DNA from: Spartobacteria bacterium
GTDB taxonomy: Bacteria; Verrucomicrobiota; Verrucomicrobiia; Chthoniobacterales; Chthoniobacteraceae
NCBI GenBank assembly: GCA_043777315.1
Contig: JAYVPW010000150.1
Coordinates: forward strand, 1 to 64,000
Length of the DNA stretch: 64,000 nucleotides
Reading direction: 5' to 3'
Shown: piece by piece, positions 10,579-20,691 of the stretch
How the letters are laid out: each line of letters starts with the position of its first letter
Numbering within the stretch: the stretch's first letter is position 1
Program-made: the position numbers and the translations under genes
The notes under the pieces: generated by a model
Databases searched by the model: none
What the model saw: the letters and a program-made list of their open reading frames with translations, nothing else
Told to the model about the DNA's origin: nothing

Positions 10579-10737
10579 CCGGGTAGCGCACTCGTCCCGA
10601 GTGCTGGTTTCGGCGTCCCGCCGAAACGAACTTTAAAAAAAACGTCCGCCGCTTGGACGTTCTCCAATATCGAACCGCTTCCTAAAGTTCGACGAGGCGG
10701 GACGCCTCGACCAGCGCTCGGGACGAGCGCGCTACCC
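10579..10737. repeat. MITE-like inverted-repeat element, copy a (~159 bp); ~56-nt arms CCGGGTAGCGC(A/G)CTCGTCCCGAG(T/C)GCTGGTTTCGGCGTCCCGCCGAAACGAACTTT with a variable centre
   Basis: copies at 12899-13060 and 47263-47425; sits in the convergent intergenic space between ald and the cyt-c gene. Confidence 0.8.
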
Positions 10738-10775
10738 AAACAGGACACGCGCGCAGCGTATCCCCTGCGCTTCCG

Positions 10776-12839
10776 CTACTTCACCACCGTGCGCAAATAT
10801 TGCCGGATCGCCTCGAACTGCGCGTGCGCGTCGCCGCCGTAGAAATCGGTGAGCGGCGTCTTGCCCTCGTCGTCGGCAAATTTCGGCATCTTCGATTCGG
10901 GATCGATGCGCAGCGGATTCAGCACCCAGCGATGGAAATATCCCGCGCGCAAACGCTCGGTCGAATACGCGAGATTGATCCCCGGTGCCTCGAAGACCGC
11001 GGTCGGCAAACGCTCGCCGACCCCGTGACAGGTCGTGCAATTGAACCCGCCATTTTCGCCGAGCAATTTCTCGCCATTGGCCGCCATCTCTTTGTCCGCG
11101 GGCTTCTCCGGCTCGACGGTCGGTGAAAAACCATGCTCCAGCGACAGCCCCGCGGCGATCCCCGGCGCGACCGTCGCGAAGCCCGGCATCCGCGCGATGA
11201 GCCACGGGCGCGGCTTGTATTTCTGATGCCCGGCGATGAATTCCGCGGCAAACGCCGGCTGCAATTTCTCGCCAAACCAGGTCGCCATCGGAGTCGCCGA
11301 GCCGGCAATCGGCAGACCCTCGCCCTCCGGCGTCGGCGCGCCTGCTTGCAGCGCGGACATTTCGCTCTCCACATCCGACCAAGTGCTCACCGCGCCGTCG
11401 CGCGCGTGGCAGGCGGTGCAGCGCATGTTGCGCATCTGCCGCTCCGCAAATTCGATCGGCGCGTCCTGCTTCAACGAGCCGAATCCCGTCGCGGCAAAAG
11501 CGACGAGCGCATCGCGCTGCGCGGGCTCGAGATTGAAGTCCGGCGCGGCTCCGCGAGCGGTCGCGTCGGCGGCGAGACAGCCCTTCGTCCAGCCGGATTT
11601 CAGCGTCGCCGCGAGCGTCGGCTGCGTCGTCGGCGGCAGACCTGCGTGGCAGTTCAGACATCCGCTCGCGACCAGATTTTGCGCCCCGCGCGCCGCGTCG
11701 CCTTTTGGACCCGCGGCAAATTCACGCTGCGTCCCCGACAGCAAAAACGCGGCGAGGCTTTCCGTCTCCGCGTCGGTCAACCGGAAATTCGGCATGTGCG
11801 TCCACGCGAAATTCTTCGCGGGTTCTTTCAAATAATTGCGCAACGCGGCGGGCTGCCACTTGGCTTTCACATGGTTCAGCGGCGTGCGGTCGTGCTCGTC
11901 CTTGCCGGTGAATTCCGGCGGCGTGTGGCAGGTGATGCAGCCGAGATTTGCGAACAGCGCACCGCCCGCCGGCGCGGGATCGGCGGAGAGCGCGATGTCG
12001 TCGCGCTTGCCCATCGAAACGAGATACGCCGCGAGGTCCGCCGCGCGCGGATCGATCTCGCCCGCCTTCGCCGAGAAAACCCGCGGCATCAGTGCGTGCG
12101 GGCGGATCGAATGCGGATCGCTGATCCAATGCGCAAGCCACGTCTCGTTGAATTTCGCGCCGAGTTCATCGAAGACCGGCGCATCCTGCGCGAGCTCCGG
12201 CATCCCCTCGCCGCGCGGCGGAATCAGCGCCGCATCCGCATGGCACGCCGAGCACCGGAGCTGCGCAAAAAGCAGCCGTCCCTCGCGCACTCGCACGCCT
12301 TCCCGCAGCTCATTCGCGGCGAGCGCGTGCGTGAAAACATTCGGCGGCACCGGCTCCGGCGCGAATTCCTTCGACGACCATTTGAGCTGCAAGCTCGCGT
12401 CCATTTTCCCATCGCTCACGAACTCGACGACGAACGGATTCGCGCCTTTTTTGAGCTGCACCGGCTTGCTCACCGTCTGCGCGGTATTGTCGCCCGCGCC
12501 TTCCAAAATCGGCGCGCCGTTCAGCGTCATTTTCATGCTCCCGCGCACCTCCGCGAGCAGCGTGAATTCGGCCCGCAGCGGCGAGTTCATTTCGCCTTCC
12601 CACTTCGCCGTGAATGCGCCCGCCGGCAGAAACGGCGTCACCGCCTGCCCCGCGGGAACGTAGATGGAGACAAGCCTCGCGGGCCGCGTGTCCGTTTTCC
12701 CGCCCGCGGAAAAAGTGAGCGTGAGCCCCTGCCCGGACTTCGCCGCGAGCTCCGGCAGCGGCGGTGCTTTCACCGGATTTTCCTCGGCGAAAATTGGCAG
12801 CGAGAGCGCCGCGAGAGCGGCGAAAAGGAGGCGCTTCAT
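10776..12839 (-). CDS. multi-haem c-type cytochrome (planctomycete-type, 5 CxxCH motifs), secreted
   Basis: CSACH, CITCH, CLNCH, CTACH, CTTCH; signal peptide MKRLLFAALAALSLPIFA (ATG 12839). Confidence 0.8.
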   Translation of the reverse strand: MKRLLFAALAALSLPIFAEENPVKAPPLPELAAKSGQGLTLTFSAGGKTDTRPARLVSIYVPAGQAVTPFLPAGAFTAKWEGEMNSPLRAEFTLLAEVRGSMKMTLNGAPILEGAGDNTAQTVSKPVQLKKGANPFVVEFVSDGKMDASLQLKWSSKEFAPEPVPPNVFTHALAANELREGVRVREGRLLFAQLRCSACHADAALIPPRGEGMPELAQDAPVFDELGAKFNETWLAHWISDPHSIRPHALMPRVFSAKAGEIDPRAADLAAYLVSMGKRDDIALSADPAPAGGALFANLGCITCHTPPEFTGKDEHDRTPLNHVKAKWQPAALRNYLKEPAKNFAWTHMPNFRLTDAETESLAAFLLSGTQREFAAGPKGDAARGAQNLVASGCLNCHAGLPPTTQPTLAATLKSGWTKGCLAADATARGAAPDFNLEPAQRDALVAFAATGFGSLKQDAPIEFAERQMRNMRCTACHARDGAVSTWSDVESEMSALQAGAPTPEGEGLPIAGSATPMATWFGEKLQPAFAAEFIAGHQKYKPRPWLIARMPGFATVAPGIAAGLSLEHGFSPTVEPEKPADKEMAANGEKLLGENGGFNCTTCHGVGERLPTAVFEAPGINLAYSTERLRAGYFHRWVLNPLRIDPESKMPKFADDEGKTPLTDFYGGDAHAQFEAIRQYLRTVVK

Positions 12840-12898
12840 GCCCGCGATATTTTCGGGAGATGCGGATGGGTGCAAGCTTTCGACCGGTTCGGTCCGAT

Positions 12899-13060
12899 CC
12901 GGGTAGCGCGCTCGTCTCGAGCGCTGGTTTCGGCGTCCCGCCGAAACGAACTTTTCTGACGCCGGCATTGTTCGGACGCGCTCCGATCTCCCCGCGTCTT
13001 AAAAAAAGTGCGTCGCGGCGGGACGCCGCGACCAGCGCTCGAGACGAGCGCGCTACCCGG
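12899..13060. repeat. MITE-like inverted-repeat element, copy b (~162 bp)
   Basis: perfect terminal arms CCGGGTAGCGCGCTCGTCTCGAGCGCTGG...; lies between the dehydrogenase-domain gene and the cyt-c gene. Confidence 0.8.
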
Positions 13061-13134
13061 ATCGGAGTTCCGCGCTCGCGCAAAAAAGGCTGCGCCCTCG
13101 CGGACGCAGCCTTTTTGAATTTACGCGCGTCGGA

Positions 13135-15506
13135 TTAGCGCAGCGCCGAGTAAGTTACGCCCGGCTTTGCGTCCGGCGCGACGACGTTGATCGTCCCCGC
13201 CACATCGGCCGGCACGTCGCCGCCGTCAGCGGATTTGATGTTCATCTTCAACCGGAACTGATCGACCGGCTGGAGGTCCGGCACCTCGATGAAGACGCTC
13301 TTTTTGTCGGCGCTCACCTTGACCGAAGTGATCGTCAAATCGTCCCGGCCTTTCGCCGCGGGGTCGCTGACTTTGTATTCCGCGGAGCCGTAATCCGAGG
13401 TCCAGCGGTAGTTGTGGACCTGCATCGAGTAGTTCTGCACATCGCCCGCCGTCGCAGCATCCACGGGGCTCGTGAAGCCGATGTGGATGCCTTTGTTCGT
13501 GATGTGAATCGTGTTCTGCATGCACACATTTTTGCCCGTGAAACGGACGCGCTGGACGGCGGCATCTTTCGATCCATTCGTCTGCCAGCCGCGCAATCCG
13601 GCGACGTAAAGCTGTCCGTCGAGCGGGCTGAAACGCGCGCGCATCACGCCGCTGTCAAACTTCAGCGGGAACTTCACGACCGCGCCTTGTGCGACCTCGC
13701 CGACGCGCTCCTGCAGCACGTTGAAGAGCGAACTTTTCCCGTACGAAAGGTAGAGCAACTGGCCTTTGAGCGGGCCCCATTTGTCGCTCATTTCCCAGAC
13801 GTGCGCGCCGCACGAATTGTCCCAATCGTAGGGAATCCAGCACAGATGCGCGGGGTGCGAAGTCGGCGGCGGATCGAGATGGGAGAGGTCCGGCACCTCG
13901 ATGAATTCGCCCTGCTTGACGTAATGAATGTAGTCCACCGGAACCCACGTGCCTTGGTTGTCGCCGGTCGTGACTTCGCCATTTGGACCAACGCCCATGC
14001 CGTTCGGCGCGCGGATGCCGGTCGCGAAGACCTCGAATTTCTGGCCGTCTTTCGAGACCTTGAAGACGCAGCCGTTGTGGTCGCTCAACGGGCCCCAACC
14101 GCGACCGCCGGGATTCACCGGGCCGCCTTTGGTGAAGTAGAAATTGCCCTGCGATCAGTCTCCAAACCGAACGTGAATTCGTGGAAGCCGGGTGTGACCT
14201 GAACGTCGTTGTTGAAGTTCTCGTAAAGGTCGGCCTCGCCGTCGGCGTTGAGGTCGTGGAGCCGCGTGATCTGATCGCGGCCGAGGACGTAAACGACGTC
14301 ATCGACGATCTTCAAACCGAGCGCCTGAAACAGGCCGGTTGCGTAGCGTTTCCACTGCAAATTTTCGAGCTTCGCATCGATGCCCGAGACGATCCAAACG
14401 TCGCCGCTCCAGGTGCTGACGGCCATGCGCCCGTCCTTGAAAAAATCGACCCCGGCGATGCGGAACCACGACTTCGCCGCGTTCTCAAACGGCACGGTGA
14501 GCGTGTCCACAACGTACGGGCTTTTGTCGTCCGTGCCGAGCGTGCCGGCGGTTTTCGCGACCTCCGGCCAATGCGGCGCGCCGCCTTTCGTGAACTGTTT
14601 TAAGTCGGCGGGTTTCGCGAGGGCATTGATCGCCGCAGTGACTTTCGGAGCATCCGGCAGCGCGCATTTTCCAAACGCGACTTTGAACGCCTGACCGGCC
14701 GCGAAGGCTGGCAGATGCAGCGTCACGCGCGCACCGCTCGCCACGAACTTCGCGCCCGCCGGAGCGCCGACGAGCCCGACGACGAGCCGATTGTCTGGGT
14801 TGACGATTTCGTTGCTGACGAATGCGAGACCACCCTCGACGACCGCCGTCGTTCCTTCCACTCCGTCCGCAATCAGGAGATTCGAGGCCGCTCCGGGAGC
14901 GACGACATTAAACGTCCGCGTGAGCAAATCGATCTCGCCGGATTTCTCGAGCGCCGGCATTTCCAGCACCGACGCCGTGCCGACCGTGTAGGCCAGCACC
15001 ACATTGTCGCCGCTCAAATAGAGGCCTTTATATTTCGCCCACTCTTTCGGCAGCGGACCGAAAGGAACTTTTGCCGCGCCCGGCCCGGTCGGCAATTTAC
15101 GCGGATCGGTGAGGTCTTCGCCCTTGCTCCAGCCCGGCCCCGGATTGGTCTCAAAATAAATATTCGCGCCCTCTTTCGGACTCGGATTCGGTCCATGTCC
15201 GCCATCGAAGGTGACGCCTTTCAGTTTGATCCAGCCACCGGTCCAGCCGCCCGCCATCCGCAGCAGCTCGGTGTCAAAAAGCAGCGTCCCCTCCGCATTC
15301 TGCGCCTCGGTTTTGCCGAGCTTGATCGCGATGCCTTTGTTCGTGCAGGAGCCTTTTCCGTCGAGCGTGCTCATGCCTTCGGGATTCAAATAGGTCGCCG
15401 AAAGAAAGCGGCCGTAGTCCATATCCTCCCACTTGTTCGCCGCGACAGCGGCGGCTGCGGTGAGCGTGTAAATGGCGGTGAGCAGAAGCGGAATTCGTCG
15501 GGTCAT
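13135..15506 (-). pseudogene. secreted membrane-bound-dehydrogenase-domain (TIGR02604-like) beta-propeller protein split into two ORFs (14115..15506 and 13135..14118) by an apparent 1-nt frameshift near 14118-14157
   Basis: both halves are paralogous to successive parts of the dehydrogenase domain of the 36484..40464 protein; frame 1 reads ...GLETDRRAISTSPKAAR*, frame 2 reads SQGNFYFTKGGPVNPGGRGW... across the junction; signal peptide MTRRIPLLLTAIYTLTAAAAVAA. Confidence 0.5.
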
Positions 15507-15567
15507 GCGTTTCGCCGGGCGGAATTGAGTCAAATAAAACCGGGGCGTCCGGGTTCTCCCCGGCAAC

Positions 15568-16257
15568 ATGAAATTCAACACGCTCGTTGCAGTGACGTTG
15601 TTCCCCCTCGGAACGATTGCTGTGCATGCTGACGTGATCCGGCTCGCGGATGGCCGCGTGATCGATGGGCAGATTGCCGAGCCCGCGGAGGTCACGATCA
15701 AGACCGCGACGGGCGCGCAGAAAGTCGCGTTCGGCCTCCTGTCGGCGGACTTGCAGAAAATTTATTGGCCGAAAATGGCGGAGACCCGCGCGGTCGCCGA
15801 GGCCAAGGCGCTTGCCGATGCCAAAGTCGTCGCCCCGGTTTCCGACGACGATCTCACCGCGCTCGCGAACGAGGTGAACCTCGAGACCTGGCAGCAGGTC
15901 GCGGCGATCGGCTCCTTCCGCGACAAACCGGAGAAGCGCGGGACCGGCGGGCTCGTCGTGACGAAAGCGTTCAACGCGCTCGATGAAAACTGGGTGACGG
16001 TTTATTCGCCAAAAGATCCCGTCGGCGAGGCGTGGAACTGGAACGACCAGATGACCCGCGCCAAGGCCATGCAGGAGCGTTCGCCGCAGTTCATGCAGCG
16101 CCGCTGGCTCGAGCTTTTCATCAAGGCCGGCGCCGCGGTCGAGTCGCGCGATTCCAACGAATTCGCGCTGGCCGTCCGAGAAATGAAGCGAAATCCGATC
16201 GCCAGCACGGGCACTTCGGCGGGCGATTCTGGCCGCAATTTTTTCCCAGCAAAATAG
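15568..16257 (+). CDS. hypothetical secreted protein (signal peptide)
   Basis: MKFNTLVAVTLFPLGTIAVHA signal; no recognised domain. Confidence 0.5.
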   Translation: MKFNTLVAVTLFPLGTIAVHADVIRLADGRVIDGQIAEPAEVTIKTATGAQKVAFGLLSADLQKIYWPKMAETRAVAEAKALADAKVVAPVSDDDLTALANEVNLETWQQVAAIGSFRDKPEKRGTGGLVVTKAFNALDENWVTVYSPKDPVGEAWNWNDQMTRAKAMQERSPQFMQRRWLELFIKAGAAVESRDSNEFALAVREMKRNPIASTGTSAGDSGRNFFPAK

Positions 16258-16304
16258 CCCGACCCGGGTTATCTACGGCGCGATTCTCAACTCCCCACCA
16301 CCTC

Positions 16305-16859
16305 ATGTTCGGCAAACAAAAACGCAAAGCTGCCTGGGTTTCCACCGCTCTCGAGCGCTACGAGCGCCCGCTCCTGCAATACGCGATGAGCATTCTCGGC
16401 GAGATCGAACGCGCCCGCGATGTGGTGCAGGAGACCTTCATGCGCCTGCATAATCAGGAGCAGGAAAACATCGAGGGACATCTCTCGCAGTGGCTTTTCA
16501 CCGTCTGCCGGAACTGCGCGCTCAAATCGCTCAAGAAAGAGGAACGCTACATTTACATTGAGGCATCCGAGTTCGAGCAGAAGCGCTGCGAGGGCCTCAC
16601 GCCGCTGATGGAGCTCGAGCGCAAGGAGCGCACCGCGCGCCTGATGCAGCTCGTCAAAGAACTTCCCAAGAACCAGCAGGAGGTCGTCCGCCTCCGCTTT
16701 CACCACCACCATTCTTACCAGGAAATCAGCGACATCACCGGCCTCAGCGCCGGCAACGTCGGTTTCCTCCTCAACGCGGCGATGCGCAACCTGCGCACCA
16801 AGATGGAGCGCGATGAGAAGGACGAAAAAATCATCTATCTGAAAAAGGGAGTTGCCTGA
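16305..16859 (+). CDS. ECF (sigma-70 family, group 4) RNA polymerase sigma factor
   Basis: region-2 and region-4 motifs (VQETFMRLH..., QQEVVRLRF...SYQEISDITGLSAGNV); ATG 16305 inside ORF 16032..16859. Confidence 0.8.
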   Translation: MFGKQKRKAAWVSTALERYERPLLQYAMSILGEIERARDVVQETFMRLHNQEQENIEGHLSQWLFTVCRNCALKSLKKEERYIYIEASEFEQKRCEGLTPLMELERKERTARLMQLVKELPKNQQEVVRLRFHHHHSYQEISDITGLSAGNVGFLLNAAMRNLRTKMERDEKDEKIIYLKKGVA

Positions 16860-16862
16860 CAA

Positions 16863-17423
16863 ATGAGAGGGAAAATCAGCGATCAAGACCTGACCGATTA
16901 CGCGCTCAACGAGCTGCAGCCCGAGGAACGGCTGTATCTCGAATCGATGCTCGCGATCTCGGAGGAATGCCGGCACGACATCTACCAGATGATCGAAGTC
17001 GGGCAGATGCTCGACGAGGGCTTCGAGGCGGAGGAAGACCTGTCCCAAACATTTTGGCTCACCGGCGCCCAGCGGAATAAACTCGTGCATTTCCGCCGGA
17101 CACCCGCGCTGTGGCAGCGCGCGACCGGCGTCGTCGCGCTCGCGGCTTGCGCGGCTTTTCTGCTCACGCATCCGTTGTTTTGGCAAATGAACGGCACCTC
17201 TCGCGAAGCCGTGGCTTTCTCGAATTCGGTCTCCACGATCGACAGCAACTCCGCCACGGCGACCCCGGTGAATTTCTCCACCCCGCTGGCCAGTTTTGCC
17301 GCCTTCGCCGATGACACTGCGAGCTGGCTGCCGACCGTTTCCGAGGTGCTCGACCCCATGGTTTGCACGCCGCCGTCGTGGGTGGAAAACGCGCACCTCA
17401 CGATCGTGTCCGACGGGCCGTAA
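16863..17423 (+). CDS. anti-sigma factor-like membrane protein
   Basis: 4 nt downstream of the sigma gene; N-terminal anti-sigma-like segment, one TM helix (VVALAACAAFLL). Confidence 0.55.
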   Translation: MRGKISDQDLTDYALNELQPEERLYLESMLAISEECRHDIYQMIEVGQMLDEGFEAEEDLSQTFWLTGAQRNKLVHFRRTPALWQRATGVVALAACAAFLLTHPLFWQMNGTSREAVAFSNSVSTIDSNSATATPVNFSTPLASFAAFADDTASWLPTVSEVLDPMVCTPPSWVENAHLTIVSDGP

Positions 17424-17723
17424 AGCTCGCGCGAGCAAACTGCCCCTGATTCCTGACGCCGTTCGAGGCTTGGTTCCCGAACGGCGTTTCTGTTTTAAAG
17501 ACCTGAAATGATCCGAATTTTTGGTCCGCAAAATCACGCGAAACAACGCGAAATTCGGAATCCGTTTCTGGTCTGCTTTTGCGTGATTTCGCGTTCTTTC
17601 GCGGACCGAATCTCCCATGTTCAGGCGGTCATAATACTCCCTGCAAACCGCTTGCCGCTCCCACGCCTGAACCCTTCGCGGAACTGAATCACCCAATGCT
17701 CAGCCGCCAATTTTCTCCACGCC

Positions 17724-18791
17724 ATGCCCACCCAAACCACCGCTGAATCGCCCACCGCCGTTCCTGTCCCCGACTCCGCTGCGCCGGTCGACGACAAAGC
17801 TGCCGCCGCCATGCTCGTCGATGCGTTCAACCGCATCTCCGCTGAGATGGGCAAATTCATCGTCGGCCAAAGCGAAGTCATCGAGCAGCTCGTCATCGCG
17901 GTGCTCGCCGGCGGGCATTGCCTGCTCGAAGGCGTCCCCGGCCTCGCGAAAACCGCGATGATTCGCTCGCTCTCGCGCTGCATGGATTTGTCGTTCCGGC
18001 GCATCCAATTCACCCCCGACCTGATGCCGTCCGACATCACCGGCACCGACATCATTCAGGAAGATCCCGCGACCGGTCACCGCAAGTTCGTGTTCCAAAA
18101 AGGCCCGATCTTCGCGCAAATGATCCTCGCGGACGAAATCAACCGCACCCCGCCGAAAACGCAGGCCGCACTGCTCGAAGCGATGCAGGAACACTCCGTC
18201 ACGATCGGCGGCAATACGCTGAAACTCGAAGAGCCGTTCTTCGTCCTCGCGACGCAAAATCCGATCGAGCAGGAGGGAACGTACCCGCTCCCCGAGGCTC
18301 AGCGCGACCGCTTCATTTTCCTCGTGAAAGTCGAGTATCCGAGCCGCGAGGAAGAGCGCCAGATCATCGCCCGCACCACCGGCACCTTCGGCGCAGAACT
18401 CCAGCCCGTGATCCACGGCGACCAGATCATCGCCCTCCAGCAGGTCGTCCGGAAAGTCCCCGTGCCCGAGCACGTGATGGATTTCGTCCTCGACCTCGTC
18501 CGTTTCACCCGCCCGAAAAGCACCGACGCTCCCGCCTTCGTCAAAGAGCTGATCGAGTGGGGCGCCGGCCCGCGCGCCTGCCAAAATCTCGTCCTCGCCG
18601 GCAAAGTCCGCGCCGTCCTCCGCGGCCGTTTCCACGTCACCATCGACGACATCGAAGCGCTCGCTCCGCCGATCCTCCGGCACCGCATCGTCGCCACTTT
18701 CAACGCCGAGGCCGAAGGGATCAACGTGGACGACATCGTTGCGCGGATTTTGAAGATCGTGCCGCGAGGCGAGGCGAAGCGGACCCTTTGA
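17724..18791 (+). CDS. MoxR-family AAA+ ATPase
   Basis: Walker A GVPGLAKT, Walker B ILADEINR, typical 355-aa MoxR layout. Confidence 0.9.
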   Translation: MPTQTTAESPTAVPVPDSAAPVDDKAAAAMLVDAFNRISAEMGKFIVGQSEVIEQLVIAVLAGGHCLLEGVPGLAKTAMIRSLSRCMDLSFRRIQFTPDLMPSDITGTDIIQEDPATGHRKFVFQKGPIFAQMILADEINRTPPKTQAALLEAMQEHSVTIGGNTLKLEEPFFVLATQNPIEQEGTYPLPEAQRDRFIFLVKVEYPSREEERQIIARTTGTFGAELQPVIHGDQIIALQQVVRKVPVPEHVMDFVLDLVRFTRPKSTDAPAFVKELIEWGAGPRACQNLVLAGKVRAVLRGRFHVTIDDIEALAPPILRHRIVATFNAEAEGINVDDIVARILKIVPRGEAKRTL

Positions 18792-19214
18792 AAATTTTGA
18801 ATTTTGAATTCTTAATTTTGAATTGAGCGCGCTCCGTGAAGGACAACGTCATCCGGGAGAAGGCTTATTCTTTTGCGCTCGCGATCATCGGATTTTGCCG
18901 CGAATTGCGGCAGATTCGTGAGTTCGAGTTGAGCCACCAGCTTTTCAAGAGCGGCACCAGCATTGGAGCCAATGTAGAGGAGTCGCAAGCCGCCCAAAGC
19001 CGCGCCGACTTTCTCTCGAAAATGTGCATCGCCTCCAAAGAAGCGCGCGAAACTTTGTATTGGTTAAGCCTCATCCGGGACGACCCGTATTTCGTGCAAC
19101 TCCCCTCCGCACCTCTGCTCTCCGACTGCTCCGAAATCGTCCGCATCCTCACCTCAATCGTGAAAAGCACCGGCGACTCCTGAATTCAAAATCAAGAATT
19201 CAAAATTCAAAATT
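18791..19214. repeat. low-GC cassette bounded by inverted AT-rich heptamer arrays (AATTTTG)n: left arm 18791-18824, right arm 19183-19214 (one mismatch); carries a four-helix-bundle gene
   Basis: arms are reverse complements; interior ~52% GC against ~65% in the flanks. Confidence 0.8.
18836..19183 (+). CDS. four-helix-bundle protein (23S rRNA intervening-sequence protein family, TIGR02436/PF05635)
   Basis: family motifs QLFKSGTSIGANVEE, ADFLSKMCIASKEARETLYWLSLI; 115 aa. Confidence 0.8.
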   Translation: MKDNVIREKAYSFALAIIGFCRELRQIREFELSHQLFKSGTSIGANVEESQAAQSRADFLSKMCIASKEARETLYWLSLIRDDPYFVQLPSAPLLSDCSEIVRILTSIVKSTGDS

Positions 19215-19222
19215 GTCTCCCC

Positions 19223-20128
19223 GTGGCCCACGTCTCCGACTTCCTCACCCCCGCCGATCTCCAAAAGATCAGCAACCTCCAAGTCCTCGCGCGCCAGGTT
19301 GTCGAGGGCTTCTGCTCCGGCCTGCATCGCTCGCCGCACAAAGGTTTCAGCGTCGAGTTCAAGCAGCACCGCCAGTACGTCCCCGGCGACGAAATCCGCC
19401 ACATCGACTGGCGCGTCTTCGGCCGCAGCGACCGCTTCTACATCCGCGAGTACGAAGAGGAGACGAACCTCCGCGCCTCGCTGCTGCTCGATCTCAGCGG
19501 CTCTATGAATTACGGCGGCGCCAAAAACGGCGGCCCGAGCAAATACCAATACGCCACGCGACTCGCCGCCTGCCTCGCGTATCTCATGCTCCAGCAGCAG
19601 GACACCGTCGGCCTCGCCACCTTCGACACGAAGATCCGCAAATACATCCCGCCGCGCTCCCGCGTGAGTCATTTGAAAGTGATCATCGACGAGCTCCAGC
19701 GCGCCACTCCCGGCGGCGAAACCGAGCTAGGCGACGTCTTCCACGACCTCGTCCCGAAGCTCCACCGCCGCGGCCTGCTCATCGTGATCTCCGACTGCTT
19801 CGGCGACGTCGCCGCGCTCATGAAAGCGCTCGCGCACTTCCGCCACGCCAAGCACGAGATCCTCATTTTCCAAATCTGGGACCGCGACGAACTCGAGTTC
19901 CCCTTCAAAAACTGGACGCAATTCGACTGTCTCGAACGCGACGGCGTGAAGCACCTGCTCGACCCCGTGCAACTCCGCCAGGCCTACCTCGCGAACCTCG
20001 AGAAATTCCGCGAAGACCTCACCCGCGGCTGCCGCCGGCACAAGATCGACCTCGTCCCCTTCACGACCGACCAGCCGTACGCCGATGCGCTCGCCGCGTA
20101 TCTGAGCCGGAGGATGGCGCGCGGATGA
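19223..20128 (+). CDS. DUF58 (vWA-like) protein, MoxR partner
   Basis: [26 protein letters not shown] and LLLDLSGSM motifs. Confidence 0.85.
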   Translation: MAHVSDFLTPADLQKISNLQVLARQVVEGFCSGLHRSPHKGFSVEFKQHRQYVPGDEIRHIDWRVFGRSDRFYIREYEEETNLRASLLLDLSGSMNYGGAKNGGPSKYQYATRLAACLAYLMLQQQDTVGLATFDTKIRKYIPPRSRVSHLKVIIDELQRATPGGETELGDVFHDLVPKLHRRGLLIVISDCFGDVAALMKALAHFRHAKHEILIFQIWDRDELEFPFKNWTQFDCLERDGVKHLLDPVQLRQAYLANLEKFREDLTRGCRRHKIDLVPFTTDQPYADALAAYLSRRMARG

Positions 20129-20691
20129 AAGGGGACGGGGAAAGCGGAGAACGTCGAACGTCGAACGTCGAACGTCGAACGTCGAACGAGGAGGAAGCGG
20201 CGAATGGAACGCTGCAAGGCGCTTCGAGGGTTTGGGACTTGGAGGAACGATTGCTCGATTACTCCGTTCGGATCATTCGCCTCGCCGATGCGCTTTTTCC
20301 GTCGCGCGCTGGGAACCATGTCGCGGGTCAATTGCTTCGCTCCGGCACTTCTCCCCTGCCAAATCACGGCGAAGCGGAGTCAGCCGAATCGCCTGCCGAT
20401 TTCCTCCACAAACTCCGCATTTGCCTGAAAGAACTTCGCGAATCAAAGCGCTGGCTGCGTCTCATTCATCGCGCTCCCCTGATCGACAGACCGGAAAAAG
20501 TCGAGCCGCTCCTCGCTGAAACCGAAGAGCTCATTCGCATTTTCGTCGCCAGCATCCGCACCGTCGAGAGCCGCCAGTTCAGTCCCCGCGTCCGTGAGGA
20601 CGCCTCCGATTCCGATACTTCGACGTTCGACGTTCGACGTTCGACGTTCGACGTTCTCCCCTCCCAGCCCCCACCCGAGGAAACCCCATGA
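20125..20691 (+). CDS. four-helix-bundle protein (23S rRNA IVS protein family), second copy; start uncertain (ATG 20125 overlaps the DUF58 stop; the conserved core begins ~20230); stop overlaps the next ATG (ATGA)
   Basis: family motifs [41 protein letters not shown]; both termini are translated from the heptamer arrays ([12 protein letters not shown] / [12 protein letters not shown]). Confidence 0.6.
   Translation: MKGDGESGERRTSNVERRTSNEEEAANGTLQGASRVWDLEERLLDYSVRIIRLADALFPSRAGNHVAGQLLRSGTSPLPNHGEAESAESPADFLHKLRICLKELRESKRWLRLIHRAPLIDRPEKVEPLLAETEELIRIFVASIRTVESRQFSPRVREDASDSDTSTFDVRRSTFDVLPSQPPPEETP
20131..20667. repeat. heptamer-armed hairpin element E1: left arm GGGG..GGAGAACGTC(GAACGTC)4 at 20131-20187, right arm (GACGTTC)5TCCCCTCCC at 20618-20667; the loop carries a four-helix-bundle gene
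   Basis: arms are reverse complements with a G-rich/C-rich clamp; same family as E2-E4. Confidence 0.8.

Noticed and set aside
18836-20691. Presence of 23S-IVS-type four-helix-bundle genes might suggest an rRNA operon nearby
   Set aside because: There are no rRNA-like conserved stretches anywhere in the window; the 4HB genes sit between protein-coding genes of one operon.
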